Shown here: positions 1 through 9,316 of the stretch, one piece after another | How positions within the stretch are numbered: the stretch's first letter is position 1 | How the letters are laid out: each line of letters opens with the position of its first letter | Assembly: GCA_964587735.1 (NCBI GenBank) | Contig: CAZPMB010000001.1 | Location: 15,464-79,463 of the forward strand | Direction: 5' to 3' | Length of the DNA stretch: 64,000 nt | Origin: an uncultured Candidatus Bathyarchaeia archaeon | GTDB taxonomy: Archaea > Thermoproteota > Bathyarchaeia > TCS64 | Translations under genes and position numbers: made by a program | The notes under the pieces: generated by a model | What the model was told of the DNA's origin: nothing | Databases searched by the model: none | What the model saw: the letters and a program-made list of their open reading frames with translations, nothing else

Positions 1-459
1 CCCGCGCCCAAGGTGCTCGAGGCCGGCCTCCATGTCCATGATCAGGACCTCATCCCTCTGGATGAGGAGGTGCTGGACAATCACCCTCAAGAGGGCGTTG
101 GCCGGGCACATGCAGCCGGTGTCGCCGCCCTTGACGGTGCCCATCACCAGAAGCTTCACGCCGTCAGGGCCGACTACCCCGAAATTCTCGACGACGTCGC
201 TCACCGTTGGAGTCAGCCTGAATAGCTGCCCGTAGGACCTCCCAGGCGCAACGCCCGTCTTCTCCTGAATCAGAGCCTCATTCTCCGAGAGGGGGACGAT
301 CTTGTCGGCTACATCGGATGGGATCCCGAGCGATGAGGCGGTGTTTATGTTGGGGTCGGCGTCAACGACAAGCACTTTATAGCCTTCCCTTGCGAGCAGC
401 CTCGCCAGGGTGCCCGAGACGAAGGTCTTGCCCACTCCGCCCTTTCCGGCTACGGCCAT
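1..459 (-). CDS. cooC: CooC/AcsF-type nickel-insertion ATPase (MinD/ParA family), 5' part only; the C-terminus runs off the window start
   Basis: Reverse complement of 444-459 gives MAVAGKGGVGKTFVSGTLARLL... (Walker A GKGGxGKT), and DADP and MDMEAGLEHL motifs match the downstream CooC paralog. The minus-strand frame is open to position 1. Confidence 0.75.
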   Translation of the reverse strand, partial: MAVAGKGGVGKTFVSGTLARLLAREGYKVLVVDADPNINTASSLGIPSDVADKIVPLSENEALIQEKTGVAPGRSYGQLFRLTPTVSDVVENFGVVGPDGVKLLVMGTVKGGDTGCMCPANALLRVIVQHLLIQRDEVLIMDMEAGLEHLGRG

Positions 460-466
460 CTTCAAC

Positions 467-1255
467 TTAGGTACCTCCTTTCAACACTTCTAAGCCGATC
501 CTATGGGCTATCTTTCCAACTGCCATGTAAGCGGGGGAGTCGTCGGGGAGACCGAGCAGGGGTCTGCCCGCCATGTTGTAGGATGCTATATTTTCATCCA
601 CGGGCAGGATTCCAGCCAGCTCTATTCCGATATCTTTGGACGCATTCTTAAGGACGCCCACCGTCCCCTTTTGGAAACAGTTGCCAACAAGGTAGATCTT
701 CTTGACGCCGATGTGAACCTCCTTGGCGAGATCCTTTATCCGCCTCGCCGTCTCCAAGCCCATCTTCGAGGGATCCGTGACGATGAGCATGACGTCGACA
801 TCCCTGTCCGTCCTCCGACTGAGGTGCTCCAGCCCGGCCTCCATGTCGAGAAGGGTTACGGAGTAGTTCCCAGTCAGGGTGTCGAGGATCCTTGTGAGGA
901 CGTTGTTGACGAAGCAGTAGCATCCCTCCCCCTCGGACCGGCCCATGGCGAGGAGGTCGAACCTCTCACCCTCGACGAGGGTCTCGAAGACCCATGCCTC
1001 TAATATGTCCCTCTTGGGGACCGTTGGAGACAGCGTGCCCTTCTCTATCTGGTTCTTCATCTCCCTGGAGGCTTGGCCGACGGTCCTGGCGACCTTCACG
1101 CCCAAGACATCGGGCAGGTTGGTCGAGGGGTCAGCGTCCACGACGAGAGGCGTCTCCCCCGTGTTCTGGATAATCCACTTGAGGAGTAGGGCCGTGAGGG
1201 TGGTCTTGCCGGCCCCTCCCTTCCCCGAGACGGAGATGACTGTCTTCCTCGCCAT
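467..1255 (-). CDS. cooC: CO dehydrogenase/ACS nickel-insertion accessory ATPase CooC
   Basis: 262 aa, MARKTVISVSGKGGAGKTTL Walker A, VVDADPSTNL, MEAGLEHLSRRT (MinD-type deviant Walker). Sits at the 3' end of the cdh operon. Confidence 0.85.
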   Translation of the reverse strand: MARKTVISVSGKGGAGKTTLTALLLKWIIQNTGETPLVVDADPSTNLPDVLGVKVARTVGQASREMKNQIEKGTLSPTVPKRDILEAWVFETLVEGERFDLLAMGRSEGEGCYCFVNNVLTRILDTLTGNYSVTLLDMEAGLEHLSRRTDRDVDVMLIVTDPSKMGLETARRIKDLAKEVHIGVKKIYLVGNCFQKGTVGVLKNASKDIGIELAGILPVDENIASYNMAGRPLLGLPDDSPAYMAVGKIAHRIGLEVLKGGT

Positions 1256-1297
1256 CTAGAATCTCATCCGGACGATGATAGAAAAAGGTTGGGGAAA

Positions 1298-2713
1298 CTA
1301 CTCCTCCGGGAAGGGCTTCCACTTCTCTTCGAGGTAGCTCGCTATTCCTGAAGAGTCGAGGGGTCCGACGGACACGGTCCATCCGGAGACCTCCTGGATC
1401 TCGCCGCTCAAGCGAGCTGCCCTACCCGGGATCACGAGGTGCCTGTGTTTCACGAGGTCCCCGACCTTGTAGCTCTTGATGGCCTCGCCGATGATGTCGG
1501 CGGTCAGCTTCCTGCCGGCAACCGCGCTCTCGACAGAGATCCCCTCGGTATCGACGACTACGAGGTAGCAGGTTACCTTCGCCGACTCGATGTCTGACGC
1601 CACTGTGTAGTAGGTCAGGGCGAAGTTGGTCGTCATCAGAACCGGGGATAGTTCGTTAGGCTCGCCGAAGGTCCTCACCCCCGCCTCGACCGAGACGGGT
1701 TTCCTGGGGTCTGTGTACAGGTTCTGCCTGAGGATGACGAGGGGGAGCATGGACCAGCCTGCCACGCTGTGGAGGATCAGCACGTCGGAGAACCTAGCCA
1801 CAAGGGCAGAGGCGATCACCGCCTCGTTCCACTCGTTGATGACGGGGTCCTCGGCCTTCTCGGCCCAAGCGACCATCGGTGCCCCGAGCATGGGGAAGCC
1901 GAGGAACTCCTCCTCCTCGTTGATGGCGTCCCACCTGAGGATAGTGAAGTTGTTTATGGTTGCGGAGAGCCCATCTTCGGCCTGGGTACCCGGATCTAGG
2001 ACGATGTCCTCGACGCCGTACTCCCAAAGGGTCCTCGCGATGGACTTGAGCGTGTTTAGGTCGAATGGGGCCGAGGCGACGATCGGGCACTTGTACATGA
2101 GCGCTAGGTCGGCCATCTCCCTCCAGTTATTTTTATTTGCCGCGTAGATGAGCGGGCGTTTGTCGCTGACCGAGGAGAGGCCATGTTCCATGACGGTCGG
2201 GTCCAGGGCGCAGAGGATGAGGGGCAAGTCGGTCAGCCCAGCCGCCTTCTTCACTGACGCCTGGAATTTTGCCGCGTTGTTTGAGGTCGACCTGACGGCG
2301 ATCATGTCGAGCCTCAGCTTCATCCCGATGTAGTCGTACTCGAAGCCGGAGGCAGTCTTTATCCTCGCCTCCAACTCCTCATCGGGCATCTCGTCGGTGA
2401 CGTCGATGGCTATCGCCGTTGGGTTGAAGTAGGTGAACTCGTGCCTGTACATTACGTACTCCCCTCCGAGCGTAGCCCTCCTTTCACCGGCGCCAACAAC
2501 AATCGACCGGACTGAGGGCTTCAGCAGGGCCCACAGCTTATCGAACGCGGCCTTGTTCTTCGCCTCGAGGAGTGGTGGGCAGCCCTGGAGCGTCGCCTCC
2601 CTGTTTACAAGCTTCGCGGCGAAGGCCATGCAGTTTGTCTCTCCGCACTCCTTGCAATTTGTCCCAGGCAGCAGCTTGTAGACCTCTATCGGGCTCAGTT
2701 CCTTCGCTGGCAT
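1298..2713 (-). CDS. cdhE: Acetyl-CoA decarbonylase/synthase gamma subunit (corrinoid iron-sulfur protein large subunit)
   Basis: 471 aa. N-terminal CKECGETNCMAFAAKL Fe-S motif followed by the TIM-barrel and corrinoid-binding regions typical of CdhE/AcsC. Operon context. Confidence 0.85.
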   Translation of the reverse strand: MPAKELSPIEVYKLLPGTNCKECGETNCMAFAAKLVNREATLQGCPPLLEAKNKAAFDKLWALLKPSVRSIVVGAGERRATLGGEYVMYRHEFTYFNPTAIAIDVTDEMPDEELEARIKTASGFEYDYIGMKLRLDMIAVRSTSNNAAKFQASVKKAAGLTDLPLILCALDPTVMEHGLSSVSDKRPLIYAANKNNWREMADLALMYKCPIVASAPFDLNTLKSIARTLWEYGVEDIVLDPGTQAEDGLSATINNFTILRWDAINEEEEFLGFPMLGAPMVAWAEKAEDPVINEWNEAVIASALVARFSDVLILHSVAGWSMLPLVILRQNLYTDPRKPVSVEAGVRTFGEPNELSPVLMTTNFALTYYTVASDIESAKVTCYLVVVDTEGISVESAVAGRKLTADIIGEAIKSYKVGDLVKHRHLVIPGRAARLSGEIQEVSGWTVSVGPLDSSGIASYLEEKWKPFPEE

Positions 2714-2723
2714 CAGATCCCCC

Positions 2724-3941
2724 CTAAATCTTGAGCGTGACCCACTCCGTGGTCTCGCTCGGCTTCTTTCCGCTCATCAGGTTGCTGATCATCTTCCCAA
2801 CCTCCCTTGCAGCGGCCGGATGCATCATCATGAAGTAGTCGACGCCTGCCAGGAGGAGCGTCTGCCCGGTGATCGTCTCCCATATCGGCCCCCTCAGCTC
2901 CCTCGGCGACCACTCGGGGCCCATCTTCATCCACGCCTCCCTCGCGGCCCACGCGTTTGTGGTGCCGGAGGAGAGGGGGTGGTTGAGCTCGGGGTCCCCC
3001 TTCAGCGCGGCGAGGCGGCTCCTCTCCATAACGGTGAAGGCGTAGTCGAGGCCGTAACCCAATGCGGCTGTGGTCGTATCCATCACGATCTGGTCCTTTG
3101 GGATGAAGTCGTACAGCTTGCGGTTCAACTCCCTAGCCTTGTTGACGTCCATCGAGGTGAAAGCGATGATCGTGTGGCCATTATCCTTCACGAACTTCGC
3201 CGACGCCTCTATGTCCATGTCCAGGGTCACCGAGTTGAAGAGCAGGCGCTCTCCCTTGGTGACCTCGGCGATGGCCTTGAAGACCTTGAGGTCCTTCTTC
3301 GGGTCGCCGCAACCGCCGATGGCTATGGGGACATCCACGGCCTGAAGCACGTCCTCAGTCTTTTTCACCGCGTACTCCGGCGAGGCACCCTCGATGAGGG
3401 GATCGATCGTCAGGAAGTGGAGGTTGATCATCTCAGCCCCGAACTTGTCGACACAGAGCCTCGCCCACTCCGCCGTGTCCCCGAGGACCTCCCTATAGTG
3501 ATCCTTTACAGCCTTTGCCAGAGGGACCTTTGGCCAGTCGAAGACGTCAAAGGCGATCACCGGCTTGTGGGGCGGCGGGTGCAGAAAGTTGTAGAAGGCC
3601 GGCGCAGACTCGCCACCGATCACCACGTGCGAACCCCTCGACCCACCCTCGGCCCTGGTCGCCCCGAGCCTGACCTCAACTATCTTGCCCGGGTACTCCT
3701 CTCGCGGTATCCCGACCTCAGCCTCGAGCAGCGAAGTCGGCTTTGCCTTCGCTGGAACGATCGTCGGCATCGCCTTCGGAGCTCCCATGATCATTCCGGG
3801 CGTCAGGCTGAGCTCCAGCTCGTCGAAGCTTATCTCAACGTCCTCGAGCTCGATCTGCTGGAACTTCGCCAGGGCCTCCAGGATATCAAGGCTGATCGGG
3901 AGGACTCCCTTTTTCTCGCCCTTCTCCGTCAAGGGGCTCAC
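2724..3941 (-). CDS. cdhD: Acetyl-CoA decarbonylase/synthase delta subunit (corrinoid Fe-S protein small subunit)
   Basis: 405 aa with CdhD/AcsD-like sequence. Its start overlaps the cdhC stop by 4 nt, suggesting translational coupling. Confidence 0.8.
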   Translation of the reverse strand: MSPLTEKGEKKGVLPISLDILEALAKFQQIELEDVEISFDELELSLTPGMIMGAPKAMPTIVPAKAKPTSLLEAEVGIPREEYPGKIVEVRLGATRAEGGSRGSHVVIGGESAPAFYNFLHPPPHKPVIAFDVFDWPKVPLAKAVKDHYREVLGDTAEWARLCVDKFGAEMINLHFLTIDPLIEGASPEYAVKKTEDVLQAVDVPIAIGGCGDPKKDLKVFKAIAEVTKGERLLFNSVTLDMDIEASAKFVKDNGHTIIAFTSMDVNKARELNRKLYDFIPKDQIVMDTTTAALGYGLDYAFTVMERSRLAALKGDPELNHPLSSGTTNAWAAREAWMKMGPEWSPRELRGPIWETITGQTLLLAGVDYFMMMHPAAAREVGKMISNLMSGKKPSETTEWVTLKI

Positions 3942-5323
3942 TTCCTCTCGACTTTTATGATCATCTTCTCCGCCCTGATCTTTGCGTTCTTCAGGATTAT
4001 CTTGAGGCTCATCCCGGCCGGCATACCCTGGATGGGTATAGCCGAGGCCGGCATCTCCAAAGTGGGGACGGTGATCTCCCCGGCCTCCTCAGCGGCCTTG
4101 ACTGGCGCTTCCACCCACTTGCCCACGATGGGGTGGTCCTTGTCCTTCAGCCATGCCCTCAGATCGTCGAGGCCCTTGACGTCGCTCTCTGTGGGTATCT
4201 TGTCCACGATCTCGGGGGGCATGAATTCCTTGATGCGCTCCTTGATCTCGACGGGCATCCAGACGACCCTGTTCCAGCCACCGTCGGCCTGGAGAAACTT
4301 GGGGCTGCGCATGTACTCTATGGATAAGCCGTGGAAGCCGTCGACCTGTCGTCCGCCAGCCGTGAGGTCGGAGATCGTGACGAAGCTGAGGCCATTCACG
4401 GTCTCCCCCTTGAAGTTTCGGTGGACGACTCCGAAGCCGTCGAGCTCCGGTATGTAGAACGCGCACCCCTCGAAGCATCCGCAGCTTGTGTGGGGGTACC
4501 CAAAGGCGGTGTAGAGCTGAACCCGCTCTATCTCTCCTAGGGATTTCTCCCTGATGACCTTGTCGACGCCGTCGTACTCACCCTTCTGCTGGTCGACGCA
4601 CTGCCCCTTGACTATCTCGAAGACGGGTCCCTTGGGGTCGACCTTGGCGGTTGCCCTGCCGTCGAACCAGCTTATGGCGCCGCAGTTCGCGTATCGCTGG
4701 GGGGTGATGACGCAGAGGTGGGTGGGTGCGAAGGACTGGCAGAGGCTGCAGCCGTAGAAGACATCTACCTCGTCGTCGCTCATGCCCCTGGCCCTGGCGT
4801 CCCTGGCCTCGTATATCTTCATCGCCTTCTCGTACCACTGCTTTATCAGACCGGGCTCTGTTATGAAGGTGATTTGGATCTTCTCGATGAACGGCATCTC
4901 GCTCTTGTACAGGCGCATAAGCACTTCCCCCAACAGCTTGAGGCTGTTGAAGCCCCGTTCGAATGACTTCTTGCTCAGCCTAATCTGGATGTCGTACCTC
5001 TGGTTCAGGTGCATGAAGCCCTCGATGAAGTTGGCGTACTCGTGGATCCGCCTCTCTATGACGCCCTCGAGATCCTTCTCGATCTCCTTTCCAGCGACCT
5101 CGATCAGGATCCCGAACGGATGGTTCGTGCCGGCCTCGAGCTCTGGGAGATCCTTATCGACAATTGAGATCTTACCGTCCTTTATCTCGTTGAGCGCCCT
5201 GGCCTGCACGAGCTCGAACTTGTACTGCTCCCGGGGTCCGCCGAGCTCCAACTGCATGTCGCGGCCCCTGATGCGCTCTCCCTCGTAGATGATCCCCACA
5301 CCCACGGGTATGTCCTCGAACAT
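3938..5323 (-). CDS. cdhC: Acetyl-CoA synthase catalytic (beta) subunit of the ACDS complex
   Basis: A-cluster motif HTSCGCFEGCAFYIPELDG. Start moved to the ATG at 5323 (MFEDIPVGV...), which is preceded by a GGAGGGG Shine-Dalgarno and lies 8 nt after the cdhB stop. The ORF track extends to a TTG at 5347. Confidence 0.88.
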   Translation of the reverse strand: MFEDIPVGVGIIYEGERIRGRDMQLELGGPREQYKFELVQARALNEIKDGKISIVDKDLPELEAGTNHPFGILIEVAGKEIEKDLEGVIERRIHEYANFIEGFMHLNQRYDIQIRLSKKSFERGFNSLKLLGEVLMRLYKSEMPFIEKIQITFITEPGLIKQWYEKAMKIYEARDARARGMSDDEVDVFYGCSLCQSFAPTHLCVITPQRYANCGAISWFDGRATAKVDPKGPVFEIVKGQCVDQQKGEYDGVDKVIREKSLGEIERVQLYTAFGYPHTSCGCFEGCAFYIPELDGFGVVHRNFKGETVNGLSFVTISDLTAGGRQVDGFHGLSIEYMRSPKFLQADGGWNRVVWMPVEIKERIKEFMPPEIVDKIPTESDVKGLDDLRAWLKDKDHPIVGKWVEAPVKAAEEAGEITVPTLEMPASAIPIQGMPAGMSLKIILKNAKIRAEKMIIKVERK

Positions 5324-5330
5324 CGACGTC

Positions 5331-5882
5331 TTATTTCCCCTCCTCAACCATCGACACTATTTTTTCTAAAGCCTCTTTCCACTCTTCCTCGCTCATGTTC
5401 CCCAGACTCCAGCTCGCGTTGGGCTGGTAGCTCGCGTCCAAAGAGATCGTTGTCAGGCCGGTCGCGAAGTGTTTCAGCCCGTTGAGCACCAGCCACTCAA
5501 GGTAGTACCGCAGTCCTGCGAAGACGACCAGATCGTACTGGCCCCCTCCGTCGAAACCCCTCCAGTTGGGGTCCCTAAGGCGGTCTCCAAGGTTCATCAG
5601 CGGCATGCTGTTCACCCCTTCGACCCTCCTATTCCTGAACTCGCTTATCAAATGTCCTGTGGCTGCGATCGTGACCTTTCTCTTCCTGTGTAGGCGTATT
5701 GCTGTGTCTATGAGGTCGCCGTCCTTTGTCTGGGTCCTCTTCGCCTCTGAGCCAACGACCAATAGGGGGCGCTTTGACTTCTTCACCATCGCAGCGACAA
5801 TCTCAGGCTTCGGGACGACGAATGCCTTCTTGGGGCCTGCAATCTCAGCGGTCTGCCCAAGGGTCGTTTTAGCGGACATCAC
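5331..5882 (-). CDS. cdhB: ACDS epsilon subunit
   Basis: 183 aa. Position and size match CdhB, and the ATGA start/stop overlaps cdhA. Confidence 0.7.
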   Translation of the reverse strand: MMSAKTTLGQTAEIAGPKKAFVVPKPEIVAAMVKKSKRPLLVVGSEAKRTQTKDGDLIDTAIRLHRKRKVTIAATGHLISEFRNRRVEGVNSMPLMNLGDRLRDPNWRGFDGGGQYDLVVFAGLRYYLEWLVLNGLKHFATGLTTISLDASYQPNASWSLGNMSEEEWKEALEKIVSMVEEGK

Positions 5883-8221
5883 GCCCGCCTCCTCACCATT
5901 CTCTCCAAGAGGGTCGGATCCGGCGTGGCGATCTTGTCCTCGACCCAGCCCTTCTCCCCAAGGACCCTCACAATCTCTTCCCTCATGGTGAAGGGGATGT
6001 CGGCCTGCCTCCTGACGTAGAGGTGGATGTCGTCGGGCATCGAGCCGTAGAGCCTCTGGTGGAGGTCGATGTAGTGGCTGAGCTTAACGGCCCTCCCCTT
6101 GTTCGTGTCGTTTGGGCGCATTGTGAGCTTGGCGACCACGACGATGGCCTCCTCGACCGTCTCGGCGGTGTAGAACAGGTGTTCAGGGGCCGGCCCAATG
6201 TAGACCTGCTCCCCATCCCTTGCGTTGTAGACGACCCAGTCCCCCTCGTTCTCCTTCCTGCCCAGAAGCATCCTCCTGTACTTGGATCCGTGGGGACCAA
6301 CAACGACGGGAATGCCGAGCCTCCAGCAGCCGGCGGCGATGGCGGCCGCCTTCTGGGACATCGCGCCCCAGGCGACGCCCACAGCACCGACCCTGTTGTG
6401 GATGTAGTCGGCTATCTCCTCGTAGTTCGCCCTAAGTGTGCGCTTAGCAAATATGTTTGCGATCTTTATTGCGGCCCCGGTGATGTGGGCATTAGCCACG
6501 CAGCTACCGACGTTCACTAGGCCCCCCGCGTCGAAGTTGCCAGGGTATTTCTCGTACAGGTTGAGGCCTTCCTCGTCTTTCGTCATAGCAATGCTCATCG
6601 CGGAGCACCCAGAGGTTACAACAATGAAGCGCCGCTTCAGGAACTCCTCCGCGATCCTAGCCAGGTCATCCCCGCCCTCGGGGTAATTGGCGCACCCCAC
6701 AAGGGCGACGACGCCGGGGATCTCGCCGAAGACTATGGGCTGGCCGACCTCCCTTATCTCTATGTCCTGGATGGCGCCCCGCCCTACCCTGATCGGGTAC
6801 TTCTCGGCGGCGATCTCCTGCTGGCTTGCTTTCGCCACCATCGATATTATGGGCATACCAACAGGGCACGCGCCCTCGCAACGGCCACATCCAACGCACA
6901 GATCATATAGGTCCGACAGTGGTTCGTAGTCACCGCTCTTCGCCGCTTGTAGAGCTTCGGCGATCTCCAGGTTGTTGGGACAGGCTCGCTCGCATTCCAA
7001 GCAGTTCCTGCACTTCTCGGCTAGCTCGGAGAGCTCTTTCAGTTCGAATGCCTTCGTTCCCCTGCGCTTTCTGACGCCGATAACAGTCTTGGCAGAGACC
7101 TCACCCACCTTCCTAGGCTCGATTATGAGTGCACCGTTTGCGGCTCCGGAGACGAGATCGTTCACGATGACATCGGGATCGTCATCGGTCCTATCCGGAA
7201 GGCCGAGGCAGCTCTTCTCGCTCGTGGCGATGACTGGTATGTCTAGCCGCTTGGCCTCTTCCAGCACGTCGGTCCTGAGGCACTGCTCGTCGACGACGAT
7301 GAGGTCAGGTATCCCAGAGCGGATGAACCTTAGCTGCCACGATATTGGGCCGATTATCTTTGAGCCCTTGTTGTACCGGCTCATGTCGTGGGCTGTGCAG
7401 CAGAGCCCCCCGACCTCAACCTCTCCGAAGAGGTTGTTCTCCATGAGATAGTCGATTATATCGACGCTCGGTAGCACGTTGTGGCCTATGCACATTATGA
7501 CCGGTTTCTTCGGGTCTATCGTGCCGTATCCGAGCTGCGCGAGCGGCGCCTCGGGGTCGCCCTTCGGGAATCCCAGTGTTGCGATCTGCATGATGTCCGC
7601 GACCTCGAGAGCCACATGGTCGAGCATCCCGGCGTGGAAGACCTTCGACTCGAAGTCTAAGTTGCTTCCCTCCTGCCCGGTGTGGGTGGCTGCCATTAGC
7701 TGAACGATCTGGGCCTCGACGTACTCGAGGGCGTCCTCAAGGTCTCTCAATGTCTTGGGCTTTATGCCGCAGACAAGCCGAACATGAGGTGCCTCGACTG
7801 CGGTGTTCAGCGCTACGTCGAGGGGGGCGTCCCTCCCATGCTCCTCCATGATGTGGTCGAGCATGTGCCTGGCGTGGGCCGCGTGGGTTGCGGCTCCGAT
7901 GCAGCAGGCTATCAGGACGATCCTGGACTGCTGAGCGGCCATTGATATACCACAGGCGCCACGCTTGTCGCCCGTCAGGTCGCACTTTCCAAAGGTGCAG
8001 AGGCAGCAGAGGTCGCAGAAGGGCATGTAGAACGGCTTGTATCGCTCTAGGAGCTTCCTGTCCCAGCTCCTGAGTGCGCCGACGCTGGGCATGGGGGTGG
8101 GGCCCATGGGCTCCTCCCATGTCTCGTCGTAGATCCTGCCGACCTCTATCTCCAGCCCCTTGAAGGTGCCGAGAGTCGAGGAGAGTTCATCGATCTTGAG
8201 CTTCAGATCCCTCTTGGACAA
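5879..8221 (-). CDS. cdhA: ACDS alpha subunit (Ni-Fe-S CO dehydrogenase catalytic subunit with ferredoxin-like insert)
   Basis: 780 aa. Cys-rich N-terminus FCDLCCLCTFGKCDL...ACGIS, 2x[4Fe-4S] insert CRNCLECERACP / CVGCGRCEGACP, and C-cluster region CTAHD... Confidence 0.9.
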   Translation of the reverse strand: MSKRDLKLKIDELSSTLGTFKGLEIEVGRIYDETWEEPMGPTPMPSVGALRSWDRKLLERYKPFYMPFCDLCCLCTFGKCDLTGDKRGACGISMAAQQSRIVLIACCIGAATHAAHARHMLDHIMEEHGRDAPLDVALNTAVEAPHVRLVCGIKPKTLRDLEDALEYVEAQIVQLMAATHTGQEGSNLDFESKVFHAGMLDHVALEVADIMQIATLGFPKGDPEAPLAQLGYGTIDPKKPVIMCIGHNVLPSVDIIDYLMENNLFGEVEVGGLCCTAHDMSRYNKGSKIIGPISWQLRFIRSGIPDLIVVDEQCLRTDVLEEAKRLDIPVIATSEKSCLGLPDRTDDDPDVIVNDLVSGAANGALIIEPRKVGEVSAKTVIGVRKRRGTKAFELKELSELAEKCRNCLECERACPNNLEIAEALQAAKSGDYEPLSDLYDLCVGCGRCEGACPVGMPIISMVAKASQQEIAAEKYPIRVGRGAIQDIEIREVGQPIVFGEIPGVVALVGCANYPEGGDDLARIAEEFLKRRFIVVTSGCSAMSIAMTKDEEGLNLYEKYPGNFDAGGLVNVGSCVANAHITGAAIKIANIFAKRTLRANYEEIADYIHNRVGAVGVAWGAMSQKAAAIAAGCWRLGIPVVVGPHGSKYRRMLLGRKENEGDWVVYNARDGEQVYIGPAPEHLFYTAETVEEAIVVVAKLTMRPNDTNKGRAVKLSHYIDLHQRLYGSMPDDIHLYVRRQADIPFTMREEIVRVLGEKGWVEDKIATPDPTLLERMVRRRA

Positions 8222-8377
8222 TGATACACGACCTTAAATGGATCTCTAAAGTCTCCATCTATTTCATTAAAAACCTTATCATCAGCTCTCAATGTTAACT
8301 TCAGTTTTTTTCTTCAGTCACCGACAACGTTTAAAAGCGCTTCGAGGGTAGGTTATTGATCCTTGGAGTTTTCAGAG
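8222..8377. promoter_or_regulatory. Divergent AT-rich intergenic promoter region between cdhA (-) and metF (+)
   Basis: A 156-bp AT-rich spacer carries TATA-like elements (ttttaatgaaat ~30 bp upstream of the cdhA start; tttaaaag at ~8324 upstream of metF). Confidence 0.35.
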
Positions 8378-9310
8378 ATGGTGAATAATCGCCCTGCCTA
8401 TAGCAACCTCATGAAGGACATCAAGAGGGGTAAATTCGTGCTTACCGGGGAGCTGGAGCCCGAAAAGACGACCGGCCTCGATGAGATCCTGGCCAGCGCG
8501 AGGGCCATGAAGCCCTACGTCGTCGCCGCAAACGTGACGGACAACCCCCTGGCGATGGCTTATATGAACTCCCTAGTGCCCTCGTATATCGTCCAGAGGG
8601 AGACTGGGCTTGAGACCGTCTACCAGATGGTCATCAGGGATAAGAACAGGCTTGCTCTCGTCTCCGATGTCCTCGCAGCGGCCCACCTTGGAATAAGGAA
8701 CATCCTCGCAATCTCCGGTGACCACACAGTACTGGGAGACAACAAGGGCGCCAAGTCCGTCTACGACCTCGACTCGGCCCAGTTCGTCTACATGCTGCAC
8801 AAGATGATCGACGAGGGGGTCGACCTAGTGGGAAACGAGATCCACGGCAAGGTGCCGATAAACGTGGGCATCGCGGCCAACCCGAACGCTGACCCCCTGG
8901 AGCCGGAGATCCTGAAGATCGGCAGGAAGGTGAAGATCGGGGCCGACTTCATCCAGACCCAGACCATGTTCGACATGGATCTCATCAAGGAGTTCCTCAA
9001 GGAGGTCGAGAAGTTCAAATGCCCAACCCTCATAGGCATCTTCCCCCTCAAGTCATTCGGCATAGCCGATTTCTTCGACAAGAACATCCCAGGAGTCCAC
9101 GTGCCCAAGGACCTACTCGAAGCGATGAGGAAGTGCAAGGATGAACCCGACAAGGAGAAGCGAAATGTGTTATACGACGAGGTGAACATGGAGTTCTTCT
9201 CTCCGTTCATCAAGGAGATCAGGAAGACGACGAAGGCGGCGGGTATCCACGTGATGGCAGTGCTGTACGAGCGGATATTCGAGCCTCTGCTCAAGGAGAC
9301 TTTGAGGTGA
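8378..9310 (+). CDS. metF: 5,10-methylene-THF reductase MetF (acetogen/Bathyarchaeota type)
   Basis: MTHFR-fold sequence (ISGDHTVLGDNKG...). ATG at 8378 chosen over the TTG at 8363. Confidence 0.8.
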   Translation: MVNNRPAYSNLMKDIKRGKFVLTGELEPEKTTGLDEILASARAMKPYVVAANVTDNPLAMAYMNSLVPSYIVQRETGLETVYQMVIRDKNRLALVSDVLAAAHLGIRNILAISGDHTVLGDNKGAKSVYDLDSAQFVYMLHKMIDEGVDLVGNEIHGKVPINVGIAANPNADPLEPEILKIGRKVKIGADFIQTQTMFDMDLIKEFLKEVEKFKCPTLIGIFPLKSFGIADFFDKNIPGVHVPKDLLEAMRKCKDEPDKEKRNVLYDEVNMEFFSPFIKEIRKTTKAAGIHVMAVLYERIFEPLLKETLR

Positions 9311-9316
9311 GATGGG

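Noticed and set aside
2820-4457. 545-aa plus-strand ORF overlapping cdhD and cdhC
   Set aside because: It is antisense to two strongly supported genes. Its composition is Arg/Leu/Pro/Gly-rich, typical of a shadow ORF in GC-rich coding DNA, and it has no recognisable motifs.
5983-8120. Several 70-170-aa ORFs on both strands inside cdhA (for example 6023-6520 +, 5983-6387 -, 6972-7451 +, 7737-8120 -)
   Set aside because: All overlap the 780-aa CdhA frame. They have low-complexity Pro/Arg/Ser-rich translations, so they are shadow ORFs.
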